Positions 39,504-48,386 of a DNA stretch of 64,000 nt are shown piece after piece. The position numbers and the translations under genes are program-made. How positions within the stretch are numbered: the first letter of the stretch is position 1; each line of letters opens with the position of its first letter. This stretch comes from Bdellovibrio sp. (GTDB lineage: Bacteria; Bdellovibrionota; Bdellovibrionia; Bdellovibrionales; Bdellovibrionaceae): assembly GCA_036677065.1 (NCBI GenBank), contig JAKFBS010000002.1, positions 888,037 through 952,036 of the forward strand. Direction: 5' to 3'. A model generated the notes under the pieces. The model was not told the DNA's origin and did not search any database. It saw only the letters and a program-made list of their open reading frames with translations.

Positions 39504-40670
39504 CTATTTTTTGTCTAAGTTAATAACGCCTTTAGTGTTGATAAGTTTTTGCAAAGATTCTAATTCATCTTTCACATCGCCAGGTAAATTCGTGCCAGCA
39601 GAACCAGAATAGCTGAAGATCATTTCTTTTTCATATTCGCTGTAGCATTTTTTAGCTATAGGTAAAGTTGGATATTCAGTCACACATTCTTTAAGATAAA
39701 GATCGGCTAAGGAATAAAAAAAGTTGTGATTAATCATTCGGTCACTAACTGCAAGCCAGTAAAGTATTTCAGGTGTCGATTTCGTTTTTTGGTGTGTGAA
39801 AAGATATTCATACAATATGCCTGACGTATATAAATGTGTTACTAAGTCTGGGCCGTAGGATTGATTATTTGCTTTTGCAGTTTTTGGATCCAGACGTGTG
39901 CGGGCGAATTTTAAAATTTCTTTTTCGCCGGCGATTTTTGGATCAATAGCATGATCTAACTGCCAGTTTTTAAACTGTAAAATCCAATTGTCGATGTCGC
40001 GCAAAGTGGTTTCAGTTAAATTTTGGACTTTTTTATAGTTTTCAAATTTTTTAATGGCTTCTTTGGGGTTGCGCTTAATACGGCTATAGTAAGCAACTTG
40101 ACGTTCAAGTGCTTTTTCAACTTCAAATTTATCATCAAATTTTAGATTTCTATTAATGATTTTATCATAAAGAGCCGAGGCTTTGTCAAAATCATGCGTG
40201 GCAAACAAGAATTCAGCCTGTTCAAATTCAGAAAAATAACTTTCTTGTTTAGTGAATTCAAAAAATGTTCTGTTTCCAGACGGCATTTGTGAATGACAGC
40301 TCATGCATACTGTTAATGTTGAATTCAGCATCCAGCGTGAAAAGTTTTTATTTCCTTTATCAAAAACTCTGGCTGTTTCCTGAATGTGGTTTTCTAATAC
40401 TCGCTGCGAGAATTTAAAATTATCATGCTGAAGAACCGGATCATGACCTGCCGCTTTTGCAGCCTTGGCAAAACTATTCAGATGCTGAGATATCTCGACA
40501 GAGTTTTTTGGATCACTAAACTTTTTATCAGAAACTGAATATTTTTTCAGATATTTAAGTTCTTCAAAAAACTGACGCATTATAACTGGAGTAGAAATTT
40601 CTGCTTCAGAACTCCAAGAAAAACAGCCAATTGACACGAAAACTAATGTATTTATTAAAATATGTAACAT
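39504..40670 (-). CDS. Secreted monoheme cytochrome c with TPR-like helical C-terminus
   Basis: Signal peptide, CMSCH after a four-helix (c'-like) region, YSGSAG tail. Confidence 0.65.
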   Translation of the reverse strand: MLHILINTLVFVSIGCFSWSSEAEISTPVIMRQFFEELKYLKKYSVSDKKFSDPKNSVEISQHLNSFAKAAKAAGHDPVLQHDNFKFSQRVLENHIQETARVFDKGNKNFSRWMLNSTLTVCMSCHSQMPSGNRTFFEFTKQESYFSEFEQAEFLFATHDFDKASALYDKIINRNLKFDDKFEVEKALERQVAYYSRIKRNPKEAIKKFENYKKVQNLTETTLRDIDNWILQFKNWQLDHAIDPKIAGEKEILKFARTRLDPKTAKANNQSYGPDLVTHLYTSGILYEYLFTHQKTKSTPEILYWLAVSDRMINHNFFYSLADLYLKECVTEYPTLPIAKKCYSEYEKEMIFSYSGSAGTNLPGDVKDELESLQKLINTKGVINLDKK

Positions 40671-40688
40671 GCTCCCCCTCTTTAAGTT

Positions 40689-41510
40689 TTATGGATAAAT
40701 TAAAACCGGCTTTTCGCTCGAACGCACTAACTTGGCATTTACACTACCAAAGATAGGAAAACGCTTTTTAGGGTTCTTTGGTGTTATAGCGATCAGATCA
40801 AACTTTTTTGAATATTGTAGAATATGACTGGCTACATTTCCGGGATTCTTACTTGTTTTAAGATTCGGATACTTCGCCTTCATTAATTTTAATTTTTTAT
40901 CTTCTTCTTTTTTTAAAAAAGTATAAACAGAAGCCCAAGCCGAATAATCTAATAAAGGCGTTGGCTCTTCTAACACATAATACAATTCAAACTTGCCATT
41001 TACTGGTTTACTGAGGAGCTTTACGCCTTCTACAGTGTGATCTGAATTCTGGCTCAGATCAGAGGGCACAAGAATATTTTTTGGCACAATAATTTTATTA
41101 CCACGCTGAATCCAGACAGGAAAAGGAGATTTCTGTGCGATCTTTTCTGCTGTACTGCCAAGAAGCATGTTTAAAAGGCCGCTGTGCCCTTTGTAGCCGA
41201 CAATGATCATTGGATTTGTGAATTTTTTTGCAAAACCAATGACTTCGGTATCTGCTTTTCCGAACTTTATGCTTACATTTATTTTTTTATCCAGCTTGTA
41301 GATTTTATTAATTCTTTCAGTGGTACGTTGAATAATTTCTGCTTTATACGCCGGCGCATACCAGTCCGCAGGGCAAACAAAGACCAAATTCATCGGTATG
41401 GCCATTTTTTCTGCCAGCATTTTCGCTTCGCGAACAACTATTTTTGAATAGTCTGAAAGATCAATGCCTACTATGAGGTTTTTAATATTTTTATTTTTCA
41501 TCGTACCCAC
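40689..41510 (-). CDS. Tandem USP, paralog 3
   Basis: LIVGIDLS, LGSTAEKI, KPVLIYP. Confidence 0.9.
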   Translation of the reverse strand: MGTMKNKNIKNLIVGIDLSDYSKIVVREAKMLAEKMAIPMNLVFVCPADWYAPAYKAEIIQRTTERINKIYKLDKKINVSIKFGKADTEVIGFAKKFTNPMIIVGYKGHSGLLNMLLGSTAEKIAQKSPFPVWIQRGNKIIVPKNILVPSDLSQNSDHTVEGVKLLSKPVNGKFELYYVLEEPTPLLDYSAWASVYTFLKKEEDKKLKLMKAKYPNLKTSKNPGNVASHILQYSKKFDLIAITPKNPKKRFPIFGSVNAKLVRSSEKPVLIYP

Positions 41511-41522
41511 CGTTCGACTTGT

Positions 41523-41930
41523 TTAGGAATGAGACCTTGTTACTAAAACCTCTGAAAAAGCTTTAAAGGCATCAACCTCAGTAAAAATTCCCACAAGTTT
41601 TGCGTTATCCATGACAAGTGCACAGCCATATTTTTTTTCGGCCATCTCAGCTAAGACTTCATTCAGTGGCGCATCAGGTGTCGTGCAATACGGATCTAAA
41701 GTACAAGCGTCTTCGACCATGACTTTTGTAGGATCAACGTCTTTAAAACCTAGAACGAATTTGATGTCGCGATCAGATAAGATTCCAACAATTTTACCGC
41801 CCTTTAGAACTGGTAAATGTCTGATGTGTAATTTTCTTAATATCTCGGATGCACTCGCTATAGTTTGATCATAGCCAATAGATTTAGGAACATAGGTCAT
41901 ATATTTCTGTACTTTAGGAATTGCTTTCAT
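41523..41930 (-). CDS. CBS-pair protein
   Basis: IRHLPVL..G.IVGILSDRD; LVGIFTE.D. Confidence 0.9.
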   Translation of the reverse strand: MKAIPKVQKYMTYVPKSIGYDQTIASASEILRKLHIRHLPVLKGGKIVGILSDRDIKFVLGFKDVDPTKVMVEDACTLDPYCTTPDAPLNEVLAEMAEKKYGCALVMDNAKLVGIFTEVDAFKAFSEVLVTRSHS

Positions 41931-41970
41931 AGGTTAGCCTTTCAGGATTATTGTTGCTGTTAACCTATAC

Positions 41971-42124
41971 AACAAGAAGTGAGCCACTCTCTAATGCAAT
42001 ACAATTGACAACAAAGTTAATTTAATGACAAATTGTCATAGTGGACTGTGGCGGTTAGCCAAGTTGTCACGCGCACTAAAGCCATAAACAGTATGTTGAA
42101 TTAGGGATTGGCACTGGCTTTGTA
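41971..42124. promoter_or_regulatory. Divergent sigma54-like promoters (41971-41986 minus; 42109-42124 plus) sharing activator sites 42026-42038 and 42057-42069
   Basis: TGGCTCACTTCTTGTT and TGGCACTGGCTTTGTA; ATGACA-AAT-TGTCAT palindrome and AGCCA-AGT-TGTCA, 31 bp apart, each 40 positions from its promoter. Confidence 0.7.
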
Positions 42125-42162
42125 ATTACGAATTTAATGTTCATAAAAAAGAGAAATACCTA

Positions 42163-43560
42163 ATGAAATATAAAATAGCAGTAGTAGATGATGACGTTGA
42201 AATGGGTCGCGTAGTGCGCGACTTATTAGTAGATGCCGGGTATTTGGTTAACCAGTATTCTTCAGCCTCAGAAGCGTTAGCAAAATTTAAAACTGATCTG
42301 CCACAAGTCTTAATTACTGATCATAAAATGAAAGATATTGATGGCCTGATGTTTTTACGAAAAGTACAGGCTGATTATCCAGAAGTCGTTTCTATTATGA
42401 TGACGGCCTTCGGTTCGATTGAAACAGCTATTGAAGCGATGAAGGCTGGCGCGTATCATTATATAGTTAAACCCTTCAAAAATGAAGAGCTTCTACTGTT
42501 AGTTCAAAGAGCTACTGAGCGATCAGGGTTAAAAAAAGAAAATAAAATTCTGCGAACAGAATTAAATAAAAGTTTTAAACTTGAATCCATCGTCGGAAAA
42601 AGCCCGGCAATGCATTCTATTTTTGAAATGATAAAATTAGTCAGCAGCGCTACAGCGAATGTGCTTGTTTCTGGCGAAAGCGGTTCTGGAAAAGAAATCG
42701 TCGCCAGAGCTGTTCATAATTCTGGTGGCCGAAAAAACAAACCTTTTATACCTCTTAACTGTACGGCGATTCCGGAAAGCCTTTTAGAAAGCGAACTGTT
42801 TGGCCATGTGAAAGGTTCATTCACGGGTGCTGTGGCCGACAAAAAAGGATTATTTGAAGAAGCGCATGGGGGTACACTTTTTCTTGATGAGATTGGTGAT
42901 TTAAGTCTGCCGCTACAGGCAAAATTATTGCGCGTACTGCAAGACCAACAAATTAGACCCGTCGGCAGCAATCAATTAAAACAAGTCGATGTCCGCATCA
43001 TAGCGGCAACACATCGAGACTTAAAAATCCTGGTTAAAGATGGAAAATTTCGTGAAGATTTATTTTATCGTTTAAACGTATTACAAATTCGTGTTCCAGC
43101 ACTTCGCGAACGCAAAGAGGATATTCCTTTGCTGATTGATAGCTTTATTCAAAAGTTTAGCGCAAGAAACAATTCTAACGTTAAAGGTATATCACCAGAT
43201 GCTATGGCCATACTAATGGCCCATTCCTGGCCAGGAAACGTGCGCGAACTTGAGAATGTTATAGAACGAGCGATGGTCTTAAGCCGGGGAGAACAAATCG
43301 AAAAAAATGTTGTTCTCGATAGTGCTTTAAGTGAAGCCAAAAATACAATAGACCAATTACAGGCCGACCGCCCTACCCTCGAAAAATTAGAAGAGCGATA
43401 TATAAAATTGATCTTAAGTGAAACCGATTACAAAAAAGATGAAGCCGCAAAAGTTTTAGGTTTAAGTCGCCGTACACTTTACCGCAAAGAAAGACTTTAC
43501 GGCATGGTCTCAGAAGATCAGTCTGAAGAAATGGATGAAAATGACCAATCTAACAAATGA
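42163..43560 (+). CDS. Sigma54-dependent response regulator (NtrC/AtoC-family bEBP)
   Basis: REC, GESGSGKE, ESELFGHVKGSFTGA, LFLDEIG, WPGNVRELEN, Fis HTH. Confidence 0.95.
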   Translation: MKYKIAVVDDDVEMGRVVRDLLVDAGYLVNQYSSASEALAKFKTDLPQVLITDHKMKDIDGLMFLRKVQADYPEVVSIMMTAFGSIETAIEAMKAGAYHYIVKPFKNEELLLLVQRATERSGLKKENKILRTELNKSFKLESIVGKSPAMHSIFEMIKLVSSATANVLVSGESGSGKEIVARAVHNSGGRKNKPFIPLNCTAIPESLLESELFGHVKGSFTGAVADKKGLFEEAHGGTLFLDEIGDLSLPLQAKLLRVLQDQQIRPVGSNQLKQVDVRIIAATHRDLKILVKDGKFREDLFYRLNVLQIRVPALRERKEDIPLLIDSFIQKFSARNNSNVKGISPDAMAILMAHSWPGNVRELENVIERAMVLSRGEQIEKNVVLDSALSEAKNTIDQLQADRPTLEKLEERYIKLILSETDYKKDEAAKVLGLSRRTLYRKERLYGMVSEDQSEEMDENDQSNK

Positions 43561-44692
43561 AAGTTTATCGTCTGAGACTTTTGCACATCTTAAGTCAGCT
43601 ATTGATGAAGCGGCGATTGTGGCTATTACCGACAAACGCGGAATCATTACCTACGTCAATAAAAAATTCTGCGATATTTCTAAGTATTCAAGAGAAGAAC
43701 TTATCGGCAAAACCCATCAAATTATTAATTCTCATTACCATTCAAAAGAATTTTTTATAGAAATGTGGAAAACAATCTCTCAAGGAAAAGTATGGGAAGG
43801 TGAAGTTCGTAACCGCGCCAAAGATGGCAGCTTCTATTGGGTTAATACAACGATTGTTCCATTTCTTGATGCCCAGGGTTCGCCAGAACAATACGTAGCC
43901 GTTCGATATGAAATTACCGAAAGAAAACAATTCGAAGAGCAATTAAAAATATATGCAAAAAAGCTTGAGATCAGCAATAAAGAACTTCAGGATTTTGCCT
44001 CTGTGGCTGCTCATGACTTACAAGAACCACTTAGAAAAATTCAATCTTTTTCAGACAGACTTGTAACTAAAGCCAAAGAACAAATGAGCGAAGAAACGTT
44101 TGACTATGTTGATCGAATTCAGAATTCGGCCCACCGAATGCAAGTTTTAATTGATGACCTACTTACTTATTCACGCGTAACCACAAAAAGTTCACCCTTT
44201 GCCGTCATTAATTTAAATGCCATTGTAGCTCAGGTTGCTTCAGATCTTGAAGTTCGAATTGAGCAGTGTCACGGTAAAGTCGTTTGGGAAAATCTTCCCT
44301 CTTTAGAGGCTGATCCAACTCAAATGCGCCAACTATTTCAAAACTTAATCAGCAATGCATTAAAATTTAAAAAATCTGACTTAAACCCATTAGTCACAGT
44401 GACTGCTAAGATCTTTGATAACTCGCCATTAGGACGCCCTGGCCCTGCCTGCCAAATTACGATTCAAGACAATGGCATTGGCTTCGATGAAAAGTATTTA
44501 GACCGTATATTCACTATTTTTCAAAGGTTACATGGTCGTCATGAATACGAAGGCACAGGCATCGGTTTAGCGGTTTGTCGAAAAATCGTGGATCGCCATG
44601 GTGGATTCATTACTGCCGCATCAATACCAAACCAGGGCGCTACATTTATTGTAACTTTGCCACTGAAACAAAATGCTGGAGATTCAATATGA
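43535..44692 (+). CDS. Cytoplasmic PAS histidine kinase (NifL/Aer-like PAS)
   Basis: YVN..F..ISKYS..ELIG..H....MWKTI..GKVWEGE..NR.KDG..YW; AHDLQEPLR; FQRLH. Confidence 0.9.
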   Translation: MKMTNLTNESLSSETFAHLKSAIDEAAIVAITDKRGIITYVNKKFCDISKYSREELIGKTHQIINSHYHSKEFFIEMWKTISQGKVWEGEVRNRAKDGSFYWVNTTIVPFLDAQGSPEQYVAVRYEITERKQFEEQLKIYAKKLEISNKELQDFASVAAHDLQEPLRKIQSFSDRLVTKAKEQMSEETFDYVDRIQNSAHRMQVLIDDLLTYSRVTTKSSPFAVINLNAIVAQVASDLEVRIEQCHGKVVWENLPSLEADPTQMRQLFQNLISNALKFKKSDLNPLVTVTAKIFDNSPLGRPGPACQITIQDNGIGFDEKYLDRIFTIFQRLHGRHEYEGTGIGLAVCRKIVDRHGGFITAASIPNQGATFIVTLPLKQNAGDSI

Positions 44693-45156
44693 AAATAAAA
44701 CCTAAAAGCAAAGTTCCTATTTTAGTCGCCGACGATGATTTAGATGATTGCCAGATGATTAAAGAAGCCCTTCAAGAAAGTCGTTTGCTTAACGAAATTC
44801 ACTTCGTTCATGATGGCGAAGAACTTATGAATTATTTAAACCACCAGGGTAAATACTCTGACCAAATAAAATACCCCCAACCTGGATTAATTCTTTTAGA
44901 TTTAAATATGCCTAAAAAAGATGGACGAGAAGCTTTAAAAGAAATTAAAACCAATCCTGTTCTGCGACAAATTCCCGCTGTAGTTTTAACGACATCAAAA
45001 GCTGAAGAAGATATCTATCGCACATATAACTTAGGAGTTAATTCTTTTATTACCAAACCAATAGCTTTTAATTCTTTGGTCACGATTATGACCGAATTAG
45101 GCCGTTACTGGTTTGAAATTGTAGAGCTGCCCGAAGTATCACGTAAGGAATTTTAA
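44689..45156 (+). CDS. Single-domain response regulator (Rcp1-like)
   Basis: LLDLNMPKKDG, LTTS, YNLGVNSFITKP, YW; ATGA overlap. Confidence 0.9.
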   Translation: MKIKPKSKVPILVADDDLDDCQMIKEALQESRLLNEIHFVHDGEELMNYLNHQGKYSDQIKYPQPGLILLDLNMPKKDGREALKEIKTNPVLRQIPAVVLTTSKAEEDIYRTYNLGVNSFITKPIAFNSLVTIMTELGRYWFEIVELPEVSRKEF

Positions 45157-46611
45157 ATGTCACAAAACTTCAGAGTCCTGCTTATCGATGATGATGAAGA
45201 TGAATTTATTAACATGCGTGATCTTTTTCGCGAAATCACGACAAGTAAATATGAATTAACTTGGAAATCGACATACAAAGACGGTCTTGTATCACTTCAA
45301 ACAGGCAATTTTGATGCCTGCTTGCTAGATTATCGCCTTGGCGAACGCACCGGTCTAGAATTACTTAAAGAAGCCCAAGATACGTCTCTTAACTGTCCAG
45401 TCATTTTATTAACCGGACACGGCGACCGAGAACTTGATCTTCAGGCCATGCAAATTGGTGCAGCTGAATATTTAATTAAAAAACAACTAACGGCTCCCCT
45501 TCTTGAAAGAACACTTCGATACACAATGAAGCACGCTATGGACATGGATGAACTGCATGACCAAAAAGAGAATTTTAAAACATTATTAAATTCGACTTTC
45601 GAAGCGATATTTGTTTTAAAAAATGAGATCGTTCAAGAGGTGAATTCAAGCGCTGGTGAAATTTTTGGCTATGAACCTGATGAAATGTTACACCAGTCTT
45701 TTTTTAGACTTATACGTCAAAGTGATATCGCTCTGGCAAAATCAAAACTCAGTTTAGCCGAAAGAGTTCGCTTTGAATGTGGCGGAATCAGAAAAGATAA
45801 TTCAGAAATCTACATTGAGGTTTCTCATCGGTTAGTCACTTTGAAAAATTCTTCTTATACACTAGTAGCCATTAAAGATTTAACAGAAACTAAAATGATG
45901 GAAAGTCAAATTTTGCAGCAAGACAGGATGGCTTCATTAGGTTTACTGGCTTCCAGCTTAGCCCATGAAATTGGTACACCTCTGGGGATCATTCGCAGTC
46001 GCGCAGAACTTGCTGCCAAAAAGTCTTCTGACAATACTTCTCTTAAGCAGGATATGGACAGTGTTGTCACACAGATTGACCGAATTACCAAGCTTGTGAA
46101 TTCACTTTTACATATTGCCCGCACCAACAACTCTGATCACGCCTCAGCTGTTTCTCTAGAAAAAGTTAAAGATGATATTATTAATCTAATTAAACACGAA
46201 CTAGAGCTTAAAAATATTAATCTTAAAACTTCGATCGCTGAAGATCTTCAAGTTAAAGCAGAGGCTGGCCCCCTGGGACAAGTGCTTTTAAACTTACTCA
46301 TTAATTCTGTGCATGCCATTGAAGAATCTAAAAAAAGCGCTCCTGAAAAACAACACGAAATTTCACTAACAGCAACTTCTGACGACAAACATGTCTGCAT
46401 TTCAATTCGAGACACAGGTTGTGGTATCACTGAAAAAAATATGTCTCAGCTGTTTAAACCTTTCTTTACAACAAAGGATATCGGCCAAGGCACAGGCTTA
46501 GGGTTAGCCACTTCGTATAAGCTGATTCACTCTTGGGGCGGAAAAATTTCAGCAAAAAGTAAAGTTTCAGAAGGTACAACTTTTGAAATTGTACTTTCGA
46601 AAATACGCTAA
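45157..46611 (+). CDS. Hybrid REC-PAS-histidine kinase
   Basis: N-terminal REC, PAS, AHEIGTPL, PFFTTK..G.GTGLGL. Confidence 0.9.
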   Translation: MSQNFRVLLIDDDEDEFINMRDLFREITTSKYELTWKSTYKDGLVSLQTGNFDACLLDYRLGERTGLELLKEAQDTSLNCPVILLTGHGDRELDLQAMQIGAAEYLIKKQLTAPLLERTLRYTMKHAMDMDELHDQKENFKTLLNSTFEAIFVLKNEIVQEVNSSAGEIFGYEPDEMLHQSFFRLIRQSDIALAKSKLSLAERVRFECGGIRKDNSEIYIEVSHRLVTLKNSSYTLVAIKDLTETKMMESQILQQDRMASLGLLASSLAHEIGTPLGIIRSRAELAAKKSSDNTSLKQDMDSVVTQIDRITKLVNSLLHIARTNNSDHASAVSLEKVKDDIINLIKHELELKNINLKTSIAEDLQVKAEAGPLGQVLLNLLINSVHAIEESKKSAPEKQHEISLTATSDDKHVCISIRDTGCGITEKNMSQLFKPFFTTKDIGQGTGLGLATSYKLIHSWGGKISAKSKVSEGTTFEIVLSKIR

Positions 46612-46622
46612 GAAAAATCATT

Positions 46623-47141
46623 TTAAATACCTATTCCTGCCAAAGCTTCTGAAATTTTACCTAGCGGTGAATTATAAATTGAGCTCAATACTTTATCAGC
46701 CATTGAATCCGGCTCGCTATGGGCCGATAATAGCAACCTCAGAAAATCTTCACTTGTAACCACCCCCACAACTGCATTGTGATCTGTAATTAAAATTGCA
46801 GAAATTTTTTCAGCGAGCATAATTCTGATTGCAGTGCCGATTCCGACATTTTGCTCCAGAGTTTTAATAGACCGGTGCATAAACTCATGAACTTTTGAAT
46901 TTCTGCGAAAAAGAGGTTCTTGTAAAAAGCTTTGTGGGTCCATATCCAGATTTGATACAGGCAACATCGCTCTTTGAAAGTCACGATCTGAAATGATTCC
47001 AACAGTGCGCGCATCCCTGTCTAAAACTGTTAGGTGGCGAATACGATTTTCTTTCATTATCTGGTAAGCTTTAGTTAAACGATCATCAGTCATTACTGAC
47101 ACAATGTTATCAGACATTGTCTGTTTTAATGTTAATTCCAT
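46623..47141 (-). CDS. CBS-pair protein
   Basis: IRHL.V....VGIISDRD; VGVVTSED. Confidence 0.85.
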   Translation of the reverse strand: MELTLKQTMSDNIVSVMTDDRLTKAYQIMKENRIRHLTVLDRDARTVGIISDRDFQRAMLPVSNLDMDPQSFLQEPLFRRNSKVHEFMHRSIKTLEQNVGIGTAIRIMLAEKISAILITDHNAVVGVVTSEDFLRLLLSAHSEPDSMADKVLSSIYNSPLGKISEALAGIGI

Positions 47142-47171
47142 AATTTCTCCTGCGCCGTCACTTCAAGGAAG

Positions 47172-47271
47172 AGCAACAGAAATGCCATGCCTGTAATCTA
47201 ATTTATGTGAGTTTGAGCGACTAAAATTTAGAATTCGTGACAACATGTCATTTAATCATGACAAACTGGCT
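47172..47271 (-). promoter_or_regulatory. Sigma54 promoter (TGGCATTTCTGTTGCT, 47172-47187) with activator sites 47238-47250 and 47259-47271
   Basis: Consensus -24/-12; TGACA-ACA-TGTCA and TGACA-AAC-TGGCT. Confidence 0.7.
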
Positions 47272-47306
47272 TTGACGCCATCGCAGGATTTCGTCATTAT
47301 GGATTT

Positions 47307-48386
47307 ATGAGTTTACCAACCCTTAAAAAGATCATCCATGTCGACATGGATGCATTTTATGCTTCTGTTGAACAGCGTGATCATCCAGAATACAAAGGTA
47401 AACCCATAGCTGTCGGTTACGCCGGCCCGCGCGGAGTTGTGGCTGCGGCCAGTTATGAAGCGCGAAAATTTGGGGTGCGATCAGCTATGGCTTCAGCGAC
47501 AGCACTGCGCAAATGCCCGTCTTTGGTTTTTCTTCCCACACGCTTTGATGTTTACAAATCTATTTCAAAACAAATTCACGAAATTTTTAGCGAATACACT
47601 TCACTGATTGAACCTCTTTCGCTGGATGAGGCTTATCTTGATGTTACAGAAAATATTAAAGGCTTAAAATCAGCCACGGTCACAGCTGAAGAAATTCGCC
47701 GACGTATTTTTGATATCACCAAGCTTACCGCTTCAGCTGGCATTTCGTACAATAAATTTTTAGCTAAGCTTGCCTCTGATATTAAAAAACCTAATGGTCA
47801 GTTTACAATTCTGCCTTCGCAAGGCGAAGAATTTATTGAAAAATTAAAGATCGAAAAATTTTATGGTATTGGCCCTGTAACCGCAAAAAAAATGAAAGAC
47901 TTAGGTATTCATAACGGGGCTGATCTTAAAAAAAAGTCGCTGTTATTTTTAAAAACTCATTTCGGAAAAACTGGCGAATGGTATTATGCCATCGCCCGCG
48001 GTGAAGATGATCGTCGTGTTGAGCCAGACCGCCCGCGCAAATCATACAGTTCTGAAAATACTTTTGCCGCTGATTTATTTGAACAAGCTGAAGTTATTAA
48101 AGAAGCTTTAAAGCTGATGGATGAAGTCTGGCTCTGGAGTGAAAAAAACAAAACCTTTGGCCGAACCGTAACGATTAAAATTAAATTCAGCGATTTTAAA
48201 CAGATCACACGTTCGCGCAGCCTTACTGTTCAAATTGATTCCAGAGATGTCATTGAAAAATTAATTACAGAATTAACTCAAGGGTTGTTTCCGCTTGAGT
48301 TAGGCATTCGCTTAATCGGCGTAGGCCTTTCAAACTTTGATCATATTGAAGAAGAAATGACAAATCAGTTAAGTCTTCTTACTTAA
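47307..48386 (+). CDS. dinB: DNA polymerase IV
   Basis: HVDMDAFYASVE, SYEAR, SLDEAYLD, KLASD..KP. Confidence 0.95.
   Translation: MSLPTLKKIIHVDMDAFYASVEQRDHPEYKGKPIAVGYAGPRGVVAAASYEARKFGVRSAMASATALRKCPSLVFLPTRFDVYKSISKQIHEIFSEYTSLIEPLSLDEAYLDVTENIKGLKSATVTAEEIRRRIFDITKLTASAGISYNKFLAKLASDIKKPNGQFTILPSQGEEFIEKLKIEKFYGIGPVTAKKMKDLGIHNGADLKKKSLLFLKTHFGKTGEWYYAIARGEDDRRVEPDRPRKSYSSENTFAADLFEQAEVIKEALKLMDEVWLWSEKNKTFGRTVTIKIKFSDFKQITRSRSLTVQIDSRDVIEKLITELTQGLFPLELGIRLIGVGLSNFDHIEEEMTNQLSLLT

Noticed and set aside
44575..44688. N-terminal extensions in the ORF track (also 35146-35238, 24237-24284, 16331-16369, 28475-28495)
   Set aside because: They overlap upstream genes or operators; downstream ATGs have better RBS or coupling
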